Origin: Blasia pusilla
Taxonomy: Eukaryota
Reading direction: 5' to 3'
Length of the DNA stretch: 64,000 nt
NCBI GenBank assembly: GCA_050084515.1
Contig: CM114271.1
Coordinates: forward strand, 35,278,001-35,342,000
In this document: in pieces, positions 11,436-24,931 of the stretch
Layout of the letters: each line of letters begins with the position of its first letter
Position numbering within the stretch: the first letter of the stretch is position 1
Translations under genes and position numbers: made by a program
The notes under the pieces: generated by a model
The model's database searches: none
What the model was told of the DNA's origin: nothing
The model's input: only the letters and a program-made list of their open reading frames with translations

Positions 11436-14400
11436 ATGCATACTTGCCACGGATTGCCGCGCAAGGAATATTTCGCACAATTTTACTAGAACCAACCATC
11501 TCCAAGGGATGCCCGGGTGGCAATTACTGCCGCAGAAGAATCAGCGAGAGTTATAGAGACAGGAAACGCTGACGGTCTGGCTTGTGAATTCGTTTGGTGC
11601 TAGTTGACTTTCAATTCTCGATTTGAGAACGAATTTTGTAGTCTCGATGATCCAGCGTGGGGAAACCACTGTGATGATCTTATAGTTCCATTTCCTGACC
11701 TACGCCTGGATACAGTGATGCCTTGTAGATTGAACTTTATCAAGCATGCAGAGATTCTTCCACACAATCCAAATACGGCATTGGATTGGGACAATCTCCA
11801 CACTATAATCGTGTCATGAGCGAAGGGAAAGTTTTTGTATACGCGCGTCGGATGAGTGAAATGCACGGCTGGTGTCCATCTATGAGTTGTCCGAAACTAA
11901 GAGGCGGGCTTCGCCCAAGGTTTGTCTTTTTCTTCGAATCATCATCTCTTCATGTCTTTGACGTATTTCTCAACTTTTCTCATGAAGCAGAGTCAGCAAT
12001 CGTGATAGGTGTCTGTTAGTAACCTGATACGTGTCTGTTTTGAGGAACAATGAACATTCTCCAGAATATCCGTGCAGAAATGCTCATCTCCGTCAAAAAG
12101 AGAAGGGCCTTAGTTCAATATCTCGCTTTGTAGTGCAATCTGCTCTTGCTTAGTATCGACGTGGTTGGTCTATCAGACTTTCGGAGTTCAAGGGAACATG
12201 CGCTCAAAGCCTTAAATCCTCGCGATTTGAAATCAGAGGTAAATTTAGCGGCAAAACTTCCCGGACTAGCTCGAGAAGGTCCTTTCAGATAAATTTTGCC
12301 AGGATGGTCGTGCTTATTTTGCAGAGGTAGATGCCTTCGAGCTTCAAGAGGAAGACGAGGACGAGCAACCCAACGTTGCATCTGAGCCATGAGATCTGTT
12401 TTCTGTAGGGCGTCGATTTGCGATTTTTCTACATGACCTTCACTGAATTTTCATCCATGAAAGTTGATGATCCTTCGTGGCAACTTGGTTGTTCGTCTTA
12501 GATAGAGCTGTTAAAGTGATCTATCTTTAAGATCTTTCGTATCCTCCATAGAACTTGCTGTTCTTTAGATCCTTGTGCATGATGTAGCTACACTATACAT
12601 TCTGTGTAAATACAAGGATTAAACAATCTTTGAACCTTGTGATCATGTCGAGGTTAATACTGTTGGACCTTAACTGAGCCACAGTGTTCCTACACACATT
12701 TGGGGTGAAGCCTCATCAAATGGGCCCCACACTTGGTCAGAGTCAGTCAGTTATCGCTCTGGTCTTCTACGTGTGAGGCCTGCACTGCCCTCAATTTCGG
12801 AATTCTGTGAGGCAGTTTCGGCTTAACAACCGCGTAATGATATTTTCCGGACTCTGCTGAGCTTATGCGGTAGAGGCTGATGGCACACACCTCTGGACAG
12901 CAGGAACTGCTATGTACCGAATTTGAACGTAATTTCTACATGCTCTCCGAAGATGACATGGCGAAAGGTCAGAGGTGTAAGGAATTGCGGTTGTTATTGT
13001 TGTAGTAGGTTGTATGTCTGGTTGCTCTTCTGGAGAAATGTGTTTGGCCTCTTCTGCGAGTTCTCTCGGAAAGTGTTTGATTTTTTCTGGAGACAATCAC
13101 GGATTTTGCAGCGGGAGGAGATTGTTTTGAGGTGGAGGAAACACATGCATGTCTGGTGGCGAGGGGATACTGGACTGACGAAGAAGAGTGGTGAGTAGGT
13201 TGTTTCTGGGCGATAAATCGTGGATAAATGACCAAAACTGTTCGACGAGACCGGAGGTTGTGGTTTTTGTTGTTGTGCCAGCTCTAGTGGAAAGGAGGAG
13301 AGAAAGTTGTGCACTCTTCGTATCCCCTTTTTGCCACCCTAAACGCTTCTCATCCTGTACTACCATTCCTTTGAAGCACAACGGATTCATCCAACTGGAG
13401 ACTCATCACTGATTATGGCACCCCTGTACGAAACTACCACTGCTCTAATTGCAACAGAAAGAAACGTTTAGTGACAGTGGTAAATTTACAGTCCATGACA
13501 CTGGTATGCACGCGATGAATCTGTTCCACTTTCTCAAGTGCATATTTTCCTTGCCCCATTGTTGCATAGATTCCCCAATGATGGAAACCGACATGCAGAC
13601 AAGCCACAAAACCCGCAGCAGAAGGGGGTTAGGGATTGCTCCCCTTCTAGAGTATGAGTGGTTCCCCCGAAGTTTAGGTGAGGGGAGCCACCGGTGGCTT
13701 CATCGGCAGTGGATGCTGCATCCAGTCACTCCTCAGGATGAGATATGGTATAGCTTGCACATTCGTCCGAATACCTGCCAATTGGGGATTTGCCTCGTGC
13801 TCGCAGAGCTCATGTGGGCCCTTAAGCAACTGCAAAGTCTTTTCAATGTTGTCCTGTGCGTTCACAGCTGGAGTGGGCCCCTGATGTCCTCGATGAAAGA
13901 AAAGTCTCTGATCTCTTGTGCAAGCGGTAGTAGTGGCTGATAATACCTTTTCCATGAGGCAGACAGGTTCCATGGATCATGACAGTGCGTACATGATCCA
14001 AGACAACAGTGCCAGCAGATTCTCTTATATCTGTCTCTGTTCTCTTAAGTTTCGGTCCTTTCGATCTCTTAGCTTCATTCAGATTCTGCCATCAGTGATT
14101 TGCAGGGATTTCTGTCATCTGTTCTTCTTTAGGTTCCGGTTCTTTCGATTTTTGGAGACTTCTGAATCCCTTAGCTATATCTATGAGCGCGAATCAGCTC
14201 AAGATTCAGCCGTTTGTGATTTGCAGAAGGTTCTAGCATTTTATCTAAATGTCTCAGTTCTGAGGGACACTGAATAGAAGTTGTGGCTGCTGTAGGTATC
14301 AGTCACTGATGATGCTGCAGGATTTCATGGTAACTGGGAAACACCCTCATTCCAAATTTACATATTCTTCCTCCCTGCAGATGGCAGTGCCCAGTAACTT

Positions 14401-15476
14401 GTAATTTATAGTCGTCGTCAATGGTCCAAAATCACAAACAATTCTCCCCTGGAAATTGCATTAATTTGTGGATGCCTTGCAGAGATGATATGGGGTCTGG
14501 AAACATGATCAACTGTTCATATTCCGACAGTGGCGCTCACCAGGACCAGAAAGATTTTGAAATGGATTCCTCACTCTCATCGAAGTCCACTGAAGAGCGG
14601 GAGCATTCTCTCCTGAACGTGGGGCATTGTGTGGGCCTTCTGATTCTATGGGCTGTGGAAAGATGATGAAAAATCTTGAAACCCACCCCAGTGGTAACCG
14701 TGGGAACTGAGCTATTCCTATTCATCGGGACATCATGTGGAGGCCAACAAAAATGCCGAGAATCAGGTCCAGGTTTTGGAACCAGTGAGTGAGTAGTGGC
14801 GTGGCGTGGAATTCGACATCGAATCGAAGTTCCAGGCCCAGGGCCGGAGCCGAAGCAGGCTCTTGTCGAATTCAACTGTGGCGAAGATCATGCACCAGAG
14901 GAAGCTTATTGCAATTGAGAAAATTCTTAAACTGCAGAAATGGCCCGTGGAAACGTCATCTGGATTGAAACAGTTGTTCTGGCACGAGCTTCAGACAGAC
15001 AGACACGAGAAACCCACCGGGAGCTGTGCGCATCTTGTGGGGGATCAGGGATTGGTTAGTGTCATTGTATAAGAAGACTAAACACTCCAGAGTACGATGG
15101 GACTTGCACGAAGGTTGAGGGTCACGAGACGAGACGAGACGAGGGGAGGGGAGGAGAGGGATCGGGCGGTGCGAAATTGGGGTGGCGAATTAACGAAACC
15201 TGAATATTTGTGAGAACTTTTCTTAACATACCTGTGTCGCGCCTGAAAGAGTTGGGGTTTTGTGATCTCATTCAGAGCGTGAGTGATTTCTTCTGCCTCT
15301 TGAAAGACAGCCTGAGCGCAGTCCACCACACCCTCTCTACACTCTCCCCTCTCATCATCTTACTAAAAACCTCGAATCATCTCGATCGAGTTAGTGTTCA
15401 AGGTTCACAAAGCTGCAGAGGTAACATCCCCAGCAGGTCGTGACGAGCTCTCTTAGGATCCTAGCAGCAGTGGGCG

Positions 15477-18400
15477 ATGGCGGAGAGAAGATTTGGTTTC
15501 TCATCAGAATCCACAGCTGAGCAGGTGACACAGAATATAGATGCCACTGGACTCACGGCCATCGTCACTGGTACTTCTACTTCTGTGTGCAGCATTTATG
15601 TTTCTTGTTTTGAAGTCTGTGCAAGAAATTTTCACTGCTACTGCTACTAGATCCTCTCTATTGTGGACTCCCTGCAATGAGAGATTCTGCAGGATGATTT
15701 CAGATGCTGAAGGGTAACTAAATTACACCACGAGAGTCTCCAATTTCTTGCCGGGGTGAGGCTGATGATAGATTACAAACTGGAGATATCACAAACCCCC
15801 AAGACTTTGATTGCACCTGATGTGCAGTGTATCTTTGAACTGATATCAGGTCCCCAGATGCTCAGCATTTTCACCTTCCATAAGATCTACAGTTGTGAAA
15901 AGAACCAAGGAATTGGTAATTTTGAGATCAGGATTGTCATATATACTATTCTATTAGAGAAAAAGTCACGCCAATCAAGCAGGCAATCTTTCAGATCTCA
16001 TCCCTTGATTGCATCTGCACACCGGTGCCTCTTAAGGAACATGGGACCTTCATATAGATTGACTGCCCACAAGTTAACTCTGTTGTCTGATTGTAGACTG
16101 GAGAGAAAGGCATTTAGCGTGATGTCTGCCAACAAGAGTCCATCTCGACAACAGCAGACCTGAATATCTTCGCTGGTGTGATCATTATTCCAGGTGGTAC
16201 CAGTGGAATCGGTTTGGAAACTGTTCGAGTTCTGGCATTGAGAGGTGCGCATGTGTATCTCACCGGCCGTACTATATCGTCTGCAACAGAGGCTAGAAGC
16301 ACCATTTTGAAAGCGCTTCCTCATGCGAGAGTGGATATACTAGAGCTCGACCTTAGTTCATTACAATCAGTCCGAAAGTGTGCCATAAGTTTCCTGGCTC
16401 TTAAGGAGCCATTGAATATTTTGATGTGAGTAATTTGCTCCCCTTTGGAAACACGTGCGAACTTGTTCTTTATTCTCATACTTGATTTCCTTACAGAGTC
16501 AGAAAAGCTTTGGAAATCCCTTGTTTGTGAGGAAGCAAATTGAAGACCCTTACCCGTAGCCTATCTGTGACGATTGGGAGGATATGCCTTGGGCTCACTT
16601 TATCAATTCTCTTTCTGGCTTAAAGAAATAATGCAGGTGTCAGGATGCGTGCTTTTGCACTTACCGAAGATGGGATCGAGTCACAACTGGGTACCAACCA
16701 TGTTGGTGAGTCCTTTCGTGAGTGACATTGCATAACATATACTCACGGTTGTAGATGTATGTCCAGTGCTATACAAATTCAACCACACGCTTCCTCCACA
16801 GCACTGTCGGCTCGAGAGTGAGTGAGAGCGCTGGATACTAGTTGTCTTGGAGTCAGTCACTCATCACTAGACCTCTGTACCATGGCCTTCTGATGAACAA
16901 TTGTCTTTGTCTTACCATGTTTAATTCATATCAGGACATTTTCTGTTTACAAATCTCCTCTTGGAAAAGTTGAAGAAGACAGCGTCCGAATCAGGCAAAG
17001 CAAGTAGGATTGTAAATGTGGCTTCCACTGCCATGCAGATGGCAGGCAAAACAACTTACCATTGGGACAAGCTCAACGACAAGGAAGGGTAAGATCAAAT
17101 CTCCAATTCTTTCTGCATACCTCGAGTTACATCGGTGATCCAGACTTTCTTTGGAATTCACTAGGCTAGCACCTTTGTTTCTCACCTCTCACCTTACAAT
17201 GAGAACCTGACTCACACCATCGTTGGATCTGGTCGGAACTTGTCACAGCTACAACAATGCAGTAGCTTACGGGTTGTCCAAACTTGCAAATGTGTTGCAC
17301 GCACAAGAGCTCACAAGGCGCTTGAAGGTAGCCTTGAGCTGAACCTACAGAATTATCTTCAAAAGAATGCTGTAGATCTCAATCTACAAGGGCTCCATGC
17401 CTTGCTTTGAGATGAGATGATAGTCTGACGAGGAGTCTTATGTGATTTACACTGGTTGGTCTGCAGGCAGAAGGGATCACAAATGTCACCATTAATGCTT
17501 TGCATCCGGGTGTCATACGCACCAAACTAACTCGCCACGGCGCCTTCCTGCACAGTAAGTGAATGATGTCAGTGGAACATTTTCCAAAGAGCCCTCTCAA
17601 TAGCGTACTAGAAACACCAGATGCTCTGAATCGTGGACGCTCCCTAATTTGTTCTCTTTCAGTCTAGTTCTCGTGTGGGTGATGAGCAGCAACTTCTCAT
17701 TTCACAGGAATGACTGGAAGTAAAAGCTTGAATGAATGAACTCGAGTTCTTACTGACAACTTGTAAAGTTTGCGAAATTGGTACGATCTCCCGGAAGTGC
17801 ATGAAATGGTTCGGTTCTCACCTGCCAATCCAGATTAGACTGCCGGCGGAAGGATGGAGTAGCTCTACAGAAGTCTTTTAGTTCCAAGTTCACCATCCCA
17901 GGTGTTGCTCCTCAGGTGCTGGCTGCCCAATTCTCTATCTCTTAGAAATACACTTTCCTTGTTGCTGAACAAACTTCTCTGTTTGCTGGTGATTGCCCAT
18001 CCAGATGTCTTCTACGCCATATCCTTCCCTTTCTGGAAAACTGTTCCTCAGGCAAGTCATTCTACTTTCTCCCAAGAATATGATGGGTTCAGTGGGGAAG
18101 TATCCAATTCCAGCCCCAATGTATGCATGATTCATGTGACCCAAGCATGGCCCGAGGCTGGTGATCAAGCAGTGCCTATTATAGCCTTGCGACCATGGAC
18201 CTGGCGCCCAATTCGACGGTGCGAGTGGTAGGAATGGGTACAGGAGGAAGAGTGACCCACACATGGTTAAAGAGACTTTGGTACATTCGTTCAGTAGAGT
18301 AAGACACAGCTTTGCAGCCGTAGAACTCAGCCAAGTTGGACGATGTTAGCAACTAAGGTGATTGCAGCGAGAGGAGGGAGACGCACACACTGAGTGCTTA

Positions 18401-18718
18401 CAATACACGAGAGAATGTTCTCTTTCAGCTGTGCTGGTCATACTCTTGCGACTATAGACCTTGTGTGACGGTTGGAGAGTGCTAGTAATGGGTATAAGCT
18501 TACTCACCAAGCAGTTTGGGCATTTGCAGGGCGCAGCAACTTCATGTTATGTTGCTATTCATCCATCTCTCCAGAAAGTGAGTGGCAGGTTCTTTGTGGA
18601 TGGGAATGAAGATACACCAGTTCGTTACCATCGACTGGGAGGTGACAAAGAAACGGCGAAGGAACTGTGGGATGTGAGCGTATCTTACACATCTGCCTTC
18701 GCAACTCCCATCATTTAG
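15477..18718 (+). CDS. Short-chain dehydrogenase/reductase, TIC32-like; 8 exons (15477-15570, 16194-16425, 16626-16706, 16935-17088, 17249-17327, 17467-17554, 18005-18051, 18530-18718)
   Basis: [20 protein letters not shown] Rossmann motif, INNAG, TNHVGHFL, catalytic [13 protein letters not shown] and [10 protein letters not shown]. All exons splice in phase; intron 7 is GC-AG. Confidence 0.95.
18170..18495 (+). repeat. Three copies of an unclassified ~60-bp repeat core in SDR intron 7
   Basis: AGCCTTGCGACCAT.GACC..GGTTGGAC.GTGCTAG-like units at ~18183, ~18308 and ~18441; the same family occurs in BTB intron 1. Confidence 0.65.
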
Positions 18719-21075
18719 CCGACAACTCTTGGACTGGTAGTACCTTAATGTACTTCCCTTGTTCCAAAAGAGATCAAAATCTCTATGATGTGTAAAGTGT
18801 GGAGATATCGAGATTATGAGGCTATCGTAGCTCTCTTAGTGTTGATCGAGTCTTCTATGTTCCCATTTACTTTGTACATCCGATGTGGTTTCCAATGGAC
18901 GAAAAAATCATGTGCTGTTGAGACTTTCTAGTCCACAAGATTTGTATAAGAGGAGCCCAACTTTCATTGACCACGCTAATTGCATGTTCCATGAGTCATG
19001 TTGCCATCGATTTCTAGACCACATTCAGACATGGAAAGAGTAATTGGCGTGAAGGAGAACGAGAAGTCTCTGGTTGTGCTCTGAAGAGGGAAGTGCAGTG
19101 CCATCGACTGTTCTCGTTTGTGAATGCACCGTTTGTTCAATGGCCACAATAACCACATGATGTTGGATTTCACAGCAATCACCAAAGGTTATCCACAATT
19201 GATGGTACTTTTCCTGAGGACGAGTGATGATTTTGACTAGACTCTGACCCTTAACTAAATGAATGTCTCAGACACACTTCTTGATCTCTTCCACATTTCA
19301 TGTGGGAATGGTATGGAATTTCAGGTCTGGCAGGGAAAGAACTTCATGGTCTCAAGCATTGCTTTCATGGACCATCCACTCTGCTTTGAAGATTCCGCTC
19401 CAATGAGAGGAAATCTGTAGCTTGTAAGTGGATGCGGTTACAGAGGCCCAAGGGACACCATTTTGTGAGTTCTTGCAAAATGGTAGTGATTGGAGCAAAC
19501 AACCAACCAGAACAACCCTGCTGAAAGTAACCAGTTTTTTTTCACACAATGAGAGAATTCGTTGATTAGTGCCCGATAATCAAAGCATGTGGAACCTTTC
19601 TACCATATAGAAGTTCCGAAACTGGTTGAGCAAACTAGTCATTCAGATCAGTGCCAAAAGGAGGCAGAAGTGAAGAAAGTGCTATATGAGGCAAGAGAAG
19701 CTCTCAAAAGAGTGCATGTGATTGAATTGCCAGTCAGATGTTAGATCTTTAGGCAACATCCTTCTATCTTTCCTCAATTTTCAGAAAGACACTGATTCGG
19801 GATTAACTGGAGAGAAGACAAAGGTGCTTCATATGCATTGCCCCTCGGCCCTTGCAGTTCTTGGATGAGAGATACCATTCTTCCATACACAAAGCCTCAT
19901 TTGGGGGAGCTCCAAGAAATGCAGGGAAGTGCAGTGCATGAGAAGTTCTGCATATATATTGTGTGACAGCGTTGGGCTCTGATATCTACAGAAAGGTTTG
20001 GGAAATGGGTGATTGGAAAACCAAGGGGTCGCATGAAGAAACCAAGGCCTGGGATCTGGCTGCACGAAGAGGGAATTTAATTTCTCAACACTTCCAGGAC
20101 ACGGGAGGATTTTGACCACAGCATAGCATTCCTTTGCCCATCAGCAGGGAGGGGAATGGAACAAAGGAGATACTGTCGACTGAAAGACAAGAAGATTGAA
20201 CACACTATGTATATGTGGCACAGGAAGAGAAGAGAGGTAGCTGAAACAGAAGCTACTATGGTGTTCAGTAGCATTCAATGATATTTACTGCGTTTCTATA
20301 GTTTACAAAAGATTCCAATGATCCAGCAAATTGCAGAGGGGAGGCAATAGGCAAGGAGTCCTCCAAACTTTAAGCACATAGCTGGACTCCAGACCTCGTG
20401 GGGCTGGCTGAAAGCCATAATCCAAAATACATCCTTGATAAAGTGGCCATCTGCTTAGAGCTCCCTAGCTTGAAGACTTGTTCGTATTTCACTAGCCAGG
20501 TGATCACTTCCTTTCCAGTACCACAAGATACAAAACCTAGTTAGGCAAATGTGCAGAATGAGAGGTCGGTAGTGACCACCAACTTCTGCATCTGTGACAC
20601 TGGCTTGCACAGTGGGACCCATGGAGTCTGGAACAAGAAGAGCAACATGTGATTGTGATCAGGACAGTTATTGCAGTAGTGTTAAGGCAACTGGGCCCTC
20701 ACTGTCGTCTCCTGGATAACCTTCCATGCTCAAGTCCTCATACAGGTAAAACTTGCTTCTTATTTCCTTCTATCATGCCTGAAATTTGGTGCCCAACTCC
20801 TCTGGGGTGGGACCCAAGAAAGACATGATTTGTTTAGAAACCAAGGATTCAACACGAAAATCATGAAGCTCTACAAGGAAGAGGACGAAAACTGGATCAC
20901 TGCATCAGTATGATACTGCTCAGAATCTTACCGCTCTGCTGTTTGAGTTCGGCAATGGTGCTTCAAGGTATATTCCAGGAACTCTTTTTACTTGGTCTCC
21001 TTCCAATATCTGTCTGGGTATATTCTTATCCATTTCAAGACTCTAGATAGGACCAAAAATTGACTCGTTTTACCT

Positions 21076-24000
21076 TTAGGATATTGGATTATCTTCAAAA
21101 AGAAGTTTCAGATCCAGTCGCAGAAAAACAGGGCCATTTATAGTGAGATTCCAGCGAGGGAAACTGAAACCTCGTTCAATGAACCAGCCAGAGAAGAAGT
21201 CTGTGAAGTTGTAGCAAGTCCCTGAAACTTCAGCCGTGGACAAATCTAGGGAACCACTCTGCTTTGTATCATAGTTCTGTGGATAGTCTCTCTTCATCGC
21301 AATTGTGTACTGCAGGGTGCACTTCCTTGTACTTGTCTCGGGAACTTTCCACAACGAACATGGTGGTAATACAAGGCTTATGAAGCATGTAAGTTGCTGA
21401 TTGTAAGATGTTTTCACCTGACCATGTCGAGCCTCTAGATAAAACTTGTACTTGTTGCCCAAGCAGAATGGCCTTGACTGGAAATTTTGGCCTGTACAAA
21501 TGACCAACTCAAGAGGAAACTCAAAGAAGACCTGGCAGCTGTCTTCACTAAGCTTTGTAGTGAAGGTTTTGGAATGACCCCAGAAGTTTTCCAAGATGAG
21601 ATGATTCCGATAGCGGTACCGATTGTGGTTGGTCTTCTTCCAAATCATTTGTTGTTGACGTGAATGTGTGAAGCTTTTGAACGTCACGGCTTCCATCACA
21701 AGCGCTTGGCACACAGGACTCTGCATGAGTGGGTTGACCTTGACAACATCCATGAGGAAGTCACCTGTCATCCATGGGAACCTCACCACTTCCGCAATCT
21801 CCTCTGCAGCACTTTTCTGTTCTTCCGGATCCTGATAGTTCCTTTCTAACCACTCCAGCAAAATGTGGAACACCTCCTCTTCATAGGATACAATCAGAGC
21901 ATCGCTGTCCAAAACAACTTTAACACCATCTACGCTCAGAGAAAGGAAGTCTGACATCTTCAAGCTGACATCTTGAAACTGTTGAGCTAGATAATTTCGA
22001 CAGAGCTCCACCACAGGCTGAACTGCTTTGTCTGCCTTAAGTGATTCTGGAAGCCCCAAAACAAGTAAGCAGTCCTTTAGATTGCTAGGAAATCTCTTCA
22101 AAGCTTCGGCAAGCGGTTCCATACAGGAAGAGATAGCAAAGCGGTCAGCTAGACACAATAATGTCACAGTTTCCTCAGCATTGGCTGGCTCACCCAGATT
22201 ACCAGAGTACATATACCGTATGAGGTCTCGTAGGCCCTGATATTCTGCAAAGACGACCATTTTTTGTTAGTCAACACACTTGAAAAGGCCCAACAAATGT
22301 GTTTGTAAAGATAAGCCGTGCATGGACCATCAAATTGTGAGCATTTACTGCTTTTTTCTGGCTATTGTGGTGACCTTGTGTTACAAAATGCATTTGCTGA
22401 TCACAAGGTGTACAGTGGGTAGAGGTAGTACCATCCTCACAAATCTGAACAGTTGCACTCCCAGTGTTTGATTCACTCATCCCATTGGAGAAAAGCCTCA
22501 TAAAATAGTCTGAATGGGCTGCTAAAATCACAGAGCTCACATGGATCTGCCCAGATTGGGTCTCCTTCGGCCTCGTCTCATCATCCGCTTCTTTGAGAAC
22601 CTGTATCAACACCATATATTTGAGGCACGACTAGGCTGTCTAACTTGTTTATGCAAAGAACTTGGCAGAGGTTGTGAAGGATGAGCTTGGAAATCCAAGA
22701 ATTAAACTGCAGAAAAACATACTCAATTAGACTCTTAGAGTGGATCTCTCTTCTACTATTTCACATTTTGGCTTCCGCATCTTCCCTGGTACATGATTAT
22801 ATCAAAAACTACCTTCGCACATTGGGCAGGGGTTGCAAGGGAAGCTTGATGGAGTATATCTGGTACTATAAATTGCTTTTATCAGATAATTCCTGAATTC
22901 GAAAAAATCCTTCCGAGCCCACTGAGTATAGAACATCATTCAGTAGGTCAACCGGTAGATCAAACAATCCGATTCCAATTGCAAAACTCTATTCATGCCT
23001 AAGAGGTAGGCATGATGCTAAGTAGGCATCTTCCGGGGGACTCTATCTCCTAAATTTCAGCTCAATTTGACCCAATCCTTTTCGATCCCACACTTCTTTA
23101 CCTATAGCAAAATCTCACTGTGGGCATTTCTTTCATTCTTCTCGTGTGCCATAAACCAAATCCCATGTACAATTACATACCATACCAGCAAAACACCAGT
23201 TGTGAGCTCACTAACAAAGATTGAAAAGGACCAGAATGAGTGGAATTCAAACTATAGAAGTGCAAAGTAGTAGAAGATAACTCAAGAGACTGTACTCATT
23301 GAGAAGTGCCTGTCAAGTCTTGTGTCTCTAACTCCTAAACCGTTTGGATGTTGCCAGTGACTGATGGGTGCAGGAGGAAGAGTGAAGAAACCACTATGTG
23401 AGGAGGGAGACTCTCATATGGTGTCAAGGCTTGCCATACAGAGTGGTGGTGCAGGGCTTGCAGGTGTAAGCCAAGAGACTCCTTACAACACTTCCTACCT
23501 TACCAGAGTTTTGACCCAAGATACATAACCTACCTCTGCAGCAAATTCTTGCTATGAATCCAGGCTGCTAAACCTGACAAATGGCCTCAGGTGGTACCGG
23601 CTTGGCAATCACAATCAAACTCCTGGACATAGTGTCATGGTGGGGGTGAAATATTCAGTTCACAAGAATGTAGGACTTTCTTTGTGATTTCAGCCTGGTA
23701 TTTTTGTCGTTCAAGAGAACCATCCCTGTGCTGATGATGACTCTAAGGTGGGTTCCTAGCAGCGAGTTCCCCACAAATAATTGTAGAATTCTGCTGGTTC
23801 AGGGACACACACATTCAAGAGAATAATATGGAAACTGTACTAAGTAGTGCTTTCCATAGCCTTGTGACCATAGGCCCGGTGCCTTGGTTGGGTGGTGCTA
23901 GAGAAGAGGCGGACTGTATCCATTAGGTGGTGCTTGTCATGGCCTTGTGACCATAGACCCCGCACCGTGGTTAGACAGTGCTAGAAACTGGGATGGGTCG

Positions 24001-24931
24001 TGAGAGAAGAAGTGGACAGGGAACCATATGAGGGGAGGGAGACTCTCTCAAGCAGTGTGAGCGCCAACCATACACAGTGTTGGTGCAGAACTACCAAGTG
24101 TCAACCCAGAAGCTCTTAACAACACTATCTACTCACGTAATTTGGATCCCCAATACACGTTCCAGAGGGACTGCCAGCTTTGGGCAGCGACTCTAGGCTA
24201 CTGAATGGGTCGAAAAGTTCTGGCGTTACCAGCTTAGCCATATCAGCATACGCTGATGCTCTATGTGTTGTAAGTTCCGCTCAGGTTACAGGGTAGTGAC
24301 TGGAGGTTGAGAGACTGTACTCATTACAGAGTGCCTGTTGTAGCCTTGTGACCGTAGACCCCGCACCCTGGTTGGACAGGTCTAGAAACCAGGACGAGTG
24401 CACAGAGAATAAGGAGTGACGAGGGTACCATACGAGGGGATGGAGGGGAGACTCTTTCCCACAGTGTGAGTGCAGACCATACAGAATGTTGGTGCGAAGC
24501 TTCCAAGTGTCAACCAAGAAGTTCTCCTCTATACTATCTACCTCACCTGATTGGGATCCCCAGTAAGAGTTACTTATCCACTTGCTTGTTGCATGCAGGG
24601 GATACAATTCCTCTTGAATGGCACTGCGTATGGCGAGAAACCCCAAATTTCTGAAAACAAATCCGGAAGCGATCCAATCATGACCTACCAATTGAGAAAC
24701 ATCACCGGAACAAATGACAAGAAAGCAGAAGAATATAGAATTGCGCACCGGTAAAGATTGCTCCTGACTAGTGGAAGGGGTCACTTCCAGGTAAAGAATC
24801 CGATCCGAAAATTGAGGATTGTTGAACGCGAACTCAAAATTCACCATCCTTGCCACGTCTTTTTTCCTCTCTCTGTGTACACGTTTCTGAACACTACCTC
24901 CTATCTCCGGCTCTGCTACCTTGTCCTTCAT
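21076..24931 (-). CDS. BTB/POZ-BACK domain protein, POB1/LRB-like (exons 24931-24749, 22600-22432, 22244-21076)
   Basis: FEFAFNNPQFSDRILYLEV, IHVSSVILAAHSDYFMRLFSNGMSES, LIRYMYSG, ADRFAISSC, VRFPWM. Splice sites are in phase. Confidence 0.93.
23280..24580 (+). repeat. Three ~300-bp degenerate copies of the unclassified repeat inside BTB intron 1
   Basis: Shared blocks GAGACTGTACTCATT..AGTGCCTGT..AGCCTTGTGACC.TAGACCCCGCACC, GGGAGACTCT and CCATACAGA.TG.TGGTGC..GTGT.AACC.AGA at ~23285, ~23850 and ~24310. Confidence 0.8.

Noticed and set aside
24281-24748. C-terminal part of the 216-aa ORF at 24281-24931
   Set aside because: Read-through into BTB intron 1; the conserved protein continues through the GT donor at 24748.
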